From positions 11,286,001 to 11,350,000 of the forward strand of contig NC_058383.1 of NCBI RefSeq assembly GCF_018350175.1: DNA of 64,000 bases, read 5' to 3'. Both the position numbers and the translations under genes were made by a program. Each line of letters opens with the position of its first letter. Positions within the stretch are counted from its first letter, which is position 1. Below the pieces are notes generated by a model. The model was not told the DNA's origin. It was given only the letters and a program-made list of their open reading frames with translations, and made no database searches. Shown in pieces: positions 60,021-64,000 of the stretch. The stretch is from Felis catus (taxonomy: Eukaryota).

Positions 60021-62879
60021 GCTATGCTCCTGCTGCTGATGGACTCCTTAGCCGGCAGAGGATTCAGAAGAGAAGATACGTCTCTTACGCATCACCTTGG
60101 TCTTCTTATAGGACGCGCCTCAGAAATAGAAGGAGACTTTCCATCAATATCTGAAGGGAGTCTCATACTCAGGCTGGTTCCTCCCCAGGATTTCTCCTAG
60201 ACAGTCCAGCACCCCCTCAACCAGTAGCATTCCTGGTCGCCTGTGCTGATATCGTGAAGACAAGTCATCGCCTTGACCCCCAGCGAGGATCTCGAACTCG
60301 GATCGTGCCAAGAATGCTTGTAGCAGAGCAGTAAGGCTGGAAGAAACTACAGCATGAGCCCCGTATGCTTGGAATGGCTAAAGAAATAAAAAGGAGGCAT
60401 AAAAAAAAACACATAAAGAATAGCACACCAGGTTTTTTTCGTTTTCAGTTTTTTTCATCATACAACCCGCACCTGGTATTGATCCGGTAATACTCCAACG
60501 CAAAACAACTCATGCAAAAACCTCATCACAAAGCCTCAGAAAATGCCAGAAATGTGTGTCTGGTTAGACTTTGTGATTTTCTGAAGAAAGAAAACGAGCT
60601 TAAATATTTTAATTGGACTCACATGTCTCCCGTGGCCCTGAACATGTGCTTTCAGGATGCTGCTTGATTTAATGGCCCTGTCAGGGATGCAGTTCATTTT
60701 CCAGAATAAATGGGGCCTGTTAGCCAAGAAGTAGATCCGTTGGTTCTTGTAGGGTGGTTTTTTCCTCCCCTCCCCTCCCGTGATTCCACTTAAGCCAAAG
60801 TGCTGGGGAATCGGAGACGTGCGCAGGACTTTCGACGCATGTCGGTGAGCAGGAGTCTAAGGCCGCCTTGGTGCTTTACAGACGAGGGAGGTGGCCCACA
60901 GAGGCCGGGGGACCCGCCCGTGGAAGCAGCTGGTAAGGGTCAGCAGTGGCATTGGTGCATACGTTTCGGTTTTCTCAGCCCGTTGAAGAAGGAGCAGACT
61001 CTTGCGTTCATGAGCTGACTCCACTCCTGCCGTAAAGACCTCTGTGCTCAAAGGCGGACCGTAACTAAGCAGTCGAGAGGCGCCTATTATTTCCATCTGG
61101 TGGGGTGTGTTTCAGGCATGGCCCTCAGAATGGATTCTTTGTTTGTTTTTTTCTTTTTTTAAGATGGTGCTGAAAACCTGCCCCACTTTCAGCCCTGTAG
61201 AACCGGCCCCTGCCCCTGGCCTGCCCTGGTCCTGCGTGGCGGTGGGAAGACGAGGGCAGTGGCAGGACCCGGGGCTGGGTTTCCTGCATGTTGGCTGAAT
61301 GGGGGAGCGGCAGCCATTTACTTTCGAGTGGGAATTTTGTGTCTCGTGCTCCGTGCCTGGGGGTGTTGGTGTTTTAGGCTGGGGTTCCCCTGGTGGGGTA
61401 AAGGGTTTGATTCTCTGTTAGCAAGTTTCAGGGATCAGAAGGTGGGCCGGGCAGGCTGGGAGGTCTCCAGGGCTCTCCCAATCTTCTTATGCCCCTGTTC
61501 CCTGTGTCGGCCTGCGAATAAGGCCTGGGGAGCAGCTTTCTCGACCAAGCCTGGGAAGAACACGCCAGATGAACCAGAGCTGTCAAGCCATCTGCTTTTC
61601 GCCATCTTGAATTTCAGGGTAGAGCGCTTACCCCCTTCTCTTCTAGAACTCTCCCCCGTCCTGGCTGGCCTCCCTGCAAACCCGTGCCTCCACTTGGAAA
61701 TGGTGGCCGCAGTGAAGGAGTGTGGATGGTTCGGGGCCGCCCGTCCACCCATCAGGAAAGCTGTTTGTCGTGTGAACCCAATCCAGTGTCACCTGCTGTA
61801 TCAGCTTGTGCCTTGGGAGGCATCTGTCCAGCAAGGATGCCGCTTTTTTGGGTCAGTCTTTGTAGGACACGTCTGACCAAGAGTTCTTCCTCTTAGCTAA
61901 CCTTGTGCAGCCCCCCCCCCCCCCCCGCTTGAGAGAGAAATTCTTTGCAATGGTTACTGGTTCTCCTCTGGACGAAAGGGTTCTGATTTTGGATGAAATT
62001 GGACCTCCCCCGCTCCCCGCCCCGTCCTCACTGCGTCTCATCCACAGCTCTGTCCTTGCTCAGATGATCCTGTATTTCTAGAGTCCAAACGGAGGGGGCC
62101 GGCAGCCGCAGGCTGATCCCCCGAAAGCGCTTCTGGGGACTCCAGAGAGGGTCCGAGACATCTCGACACTCAGCCAGCATGAGCCAACTGCACTGTTCTC
62201 GGCTTCATTTTTTCTTAATTAGCTCTAATTACTCTGTCATCATAAATGTACTGACATCGAAAGCCTTCAAGTTCCTTTAGCAGCTGGCAGTAATCGGCCT
62301 CATTAATCTCGCTGATTCCCATCTTTTGAAGATTGCTGGTTTGCTTTAGAAACGATGCTCTGTTCGGAGCCAGCTTCCCACCTCTCAATGCCCGGCTCAG
62401 CGTTAACGGTGAAAATGTGGCCGAGCCCCTGGGGGCCTGTCAACACCCCCTGGGGCCTGTCATCTCTTCCCAGGTCTGGGGTGGGGGGAGGTGCCCCTTC
62501 CTGGGAGAGGTCAGGAGGCCCCGCTGTGAGGTCACGTGCGTGAAGACAGGGCACAGGGCATCACCCAGGTCTGCCTTGGTTCGTCTCGGCTCCCTTGGGC
62601 CAAGGTCCTGCGGTCACAGTCACTTAAATATTGAATCTTGGGCATCCATCCACCTCACTCTGCTGTGTCTTGCACCTGGGATTCCCAGCTGTCCAGTATC
62701 CCCCTCCCACATGGGCTCCAAGGATATGGCCAAGCTTTGTCAATCCTGTCTTCTTTTTTAGATAGTCTTTGGTAGTGGGGCCAGCGGGGGCACCCATGGA
62801 GTTCAGACGCTAAGGTAGCAAGTTCTGAACCAGGAAGACTTGGATAACATTCATTTTTAAAATTTATACTATTTATTTT

Positions 62880-63094
62880 TAATTTTGTTTAATGTTTGTA
62901 TTTATTTTTGAGACAGAGAGAGACAGAGCATGAGTAGGGGAGGGGTGGAGAGAGAGGGAGACACAGAATCTGAAGCAGGTTCCAGGCTCCGAGCTGTCAG
63001 CACAGAGCCTGACGCGGGGCTCGAACTCACGAACCACGAGATTATGACTTGAACCAAGTTGGACGCTTAACTGACTGAGCCACCCAGGCGCCCC
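62880..63094 (-). mobile_element. CanSINE inserted in the A tail of the next SINE
   Basis: SINEC in reverse; tatttattttta on both sides. Confidence 0.95.
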
Positions 63095-63099
63095 TATGT

Positions 63100-63302
63100 A
63101 TTTATTTTTAAAGTTTACTTATTTATTTTGAGAGAATGAGTGGGATGAGGCAGAAAGAGAGAGAGGGGGAGAGAATCCCAAGCAGGCTCTGCACTGTCAG
63201 CACAGAGCCCGATGTGGGGCTGGAACTCACGAGCTGTGAGATTGTGACCTGAGTCGAAATCAAGAGTCAGACGCTTAACCGAATAAACCACCCAGGCGCC
63301 CC
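63100..63302 (-). mobile_element. CanSINE (older subfamily)
   Basis: SINEC in reverse with aaatcaagagtc variant. Confidence 0.94.
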
Positions 63303-63362
63303 CAAATAGTGTTTATTGAGGGTAGGCTGAGGCAACGTAGAGAAGAGGGTGAGGAATCCGTA

Positions 63363-63688
63363 CAGGGGACCCTTGGACAACACAAGTTTGAACTGCAGGG
63401 GTCTGCTTACACACAGGCTTTTCTGATACAGTGTAGCACCATAAATGTATTTTCTCTTCCTTACGATTTTCTTGATAATGTTTTCTTCTCTCTAGCTTAT
63501 TTTACTGTAAAAATACAGTATGTAATATAACGTACAAAATGTGTGTTCATTGTATGATATTGGTAAGGCTTCCAGTCAACTGTAGGCTATTAGTAGTTAA
63601 GTTTTTAGGGTGTTAAAAGTTGTATGTGGATTTACGATTGTGCAGGGGGTTGGTGTCCCTAAACCCTGCATTGTTCAAGGGTCATCTG
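63363..63688. mobile_element. Tigger2-type (TcMar) non-autonomous DNA transposon
   Basis: Terminal inverted repeats caggggacccttggacaa / ttgttcaagggtcatctg, flanked by TA on both sides. Confidence 0.88.
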
Positions 63689-63804
63689 TATATAAATGAG
63701 GGGGGCTAAGGTCATGGCTGGGCCTGTGGTACTGAGTGCCTAGCCCATGAGACAAGTTAAGGCTGGAAGTGGGGTGTGAGCAAGGATTCTGGGAGCAGGA
63801 TGGA

Positions 63805-64000
63805 GTGTGTGTATATGTGTGTATATGCATATACATATGTGTACATGTGTGTGTAAGTAATTGTGTATATGATATGTATATGGGTATGTGTGTATATACA
63901 CGTATGCATATGTGAGTGTGTACGTGTGTGTGGGTAAGTGTTGCATGTGTGTGTGTGTGAATGTGTGTGTGTTGTGCACGTGTGTACGTGTGTGTTCGTA
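63805..64000. repeat. Degenerate (TG/TA)n tract
   Basis: Direct observation, runs to the window end. Confidence 0.92.

Overview
Mammalian genomic DNA, almost certainly from a felid (cat family), judged from ~31 feliform-type CanSINEs (SINEC_Fc-like) and two carnivore/felid-type 5'-truncated L1 copies. The window is GC-rich and repeat-dense. It also holds older L1M fragments, L2/MIR relics, many MaLR (MLT1) and ERVL/ERV solo LTRs, a Tigger2-type DNA transposon, MER5-like pieces and several large simple-repeat arrays. I found no convincing protein-coding gene. The only recognisable peptides are dead L1 ORF2 C-terminal remnants, and the other long ORFs come from microsatellites, LTRs or GC-rich chance. 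I cannot assign the locus. Signals not explained by repeats are a strong minus-strand bias of retroelements (possibly a large + strand intron), several AT-rich, homeodomain-motif-rich unique blocks that look like conserved enhancers, and one orphan CpG-island-like segment. Family names come from my recall of consensus sequences, not a database search, and boundaries of old repeats are approximate. I see no evidence for a novel multi-gene system.
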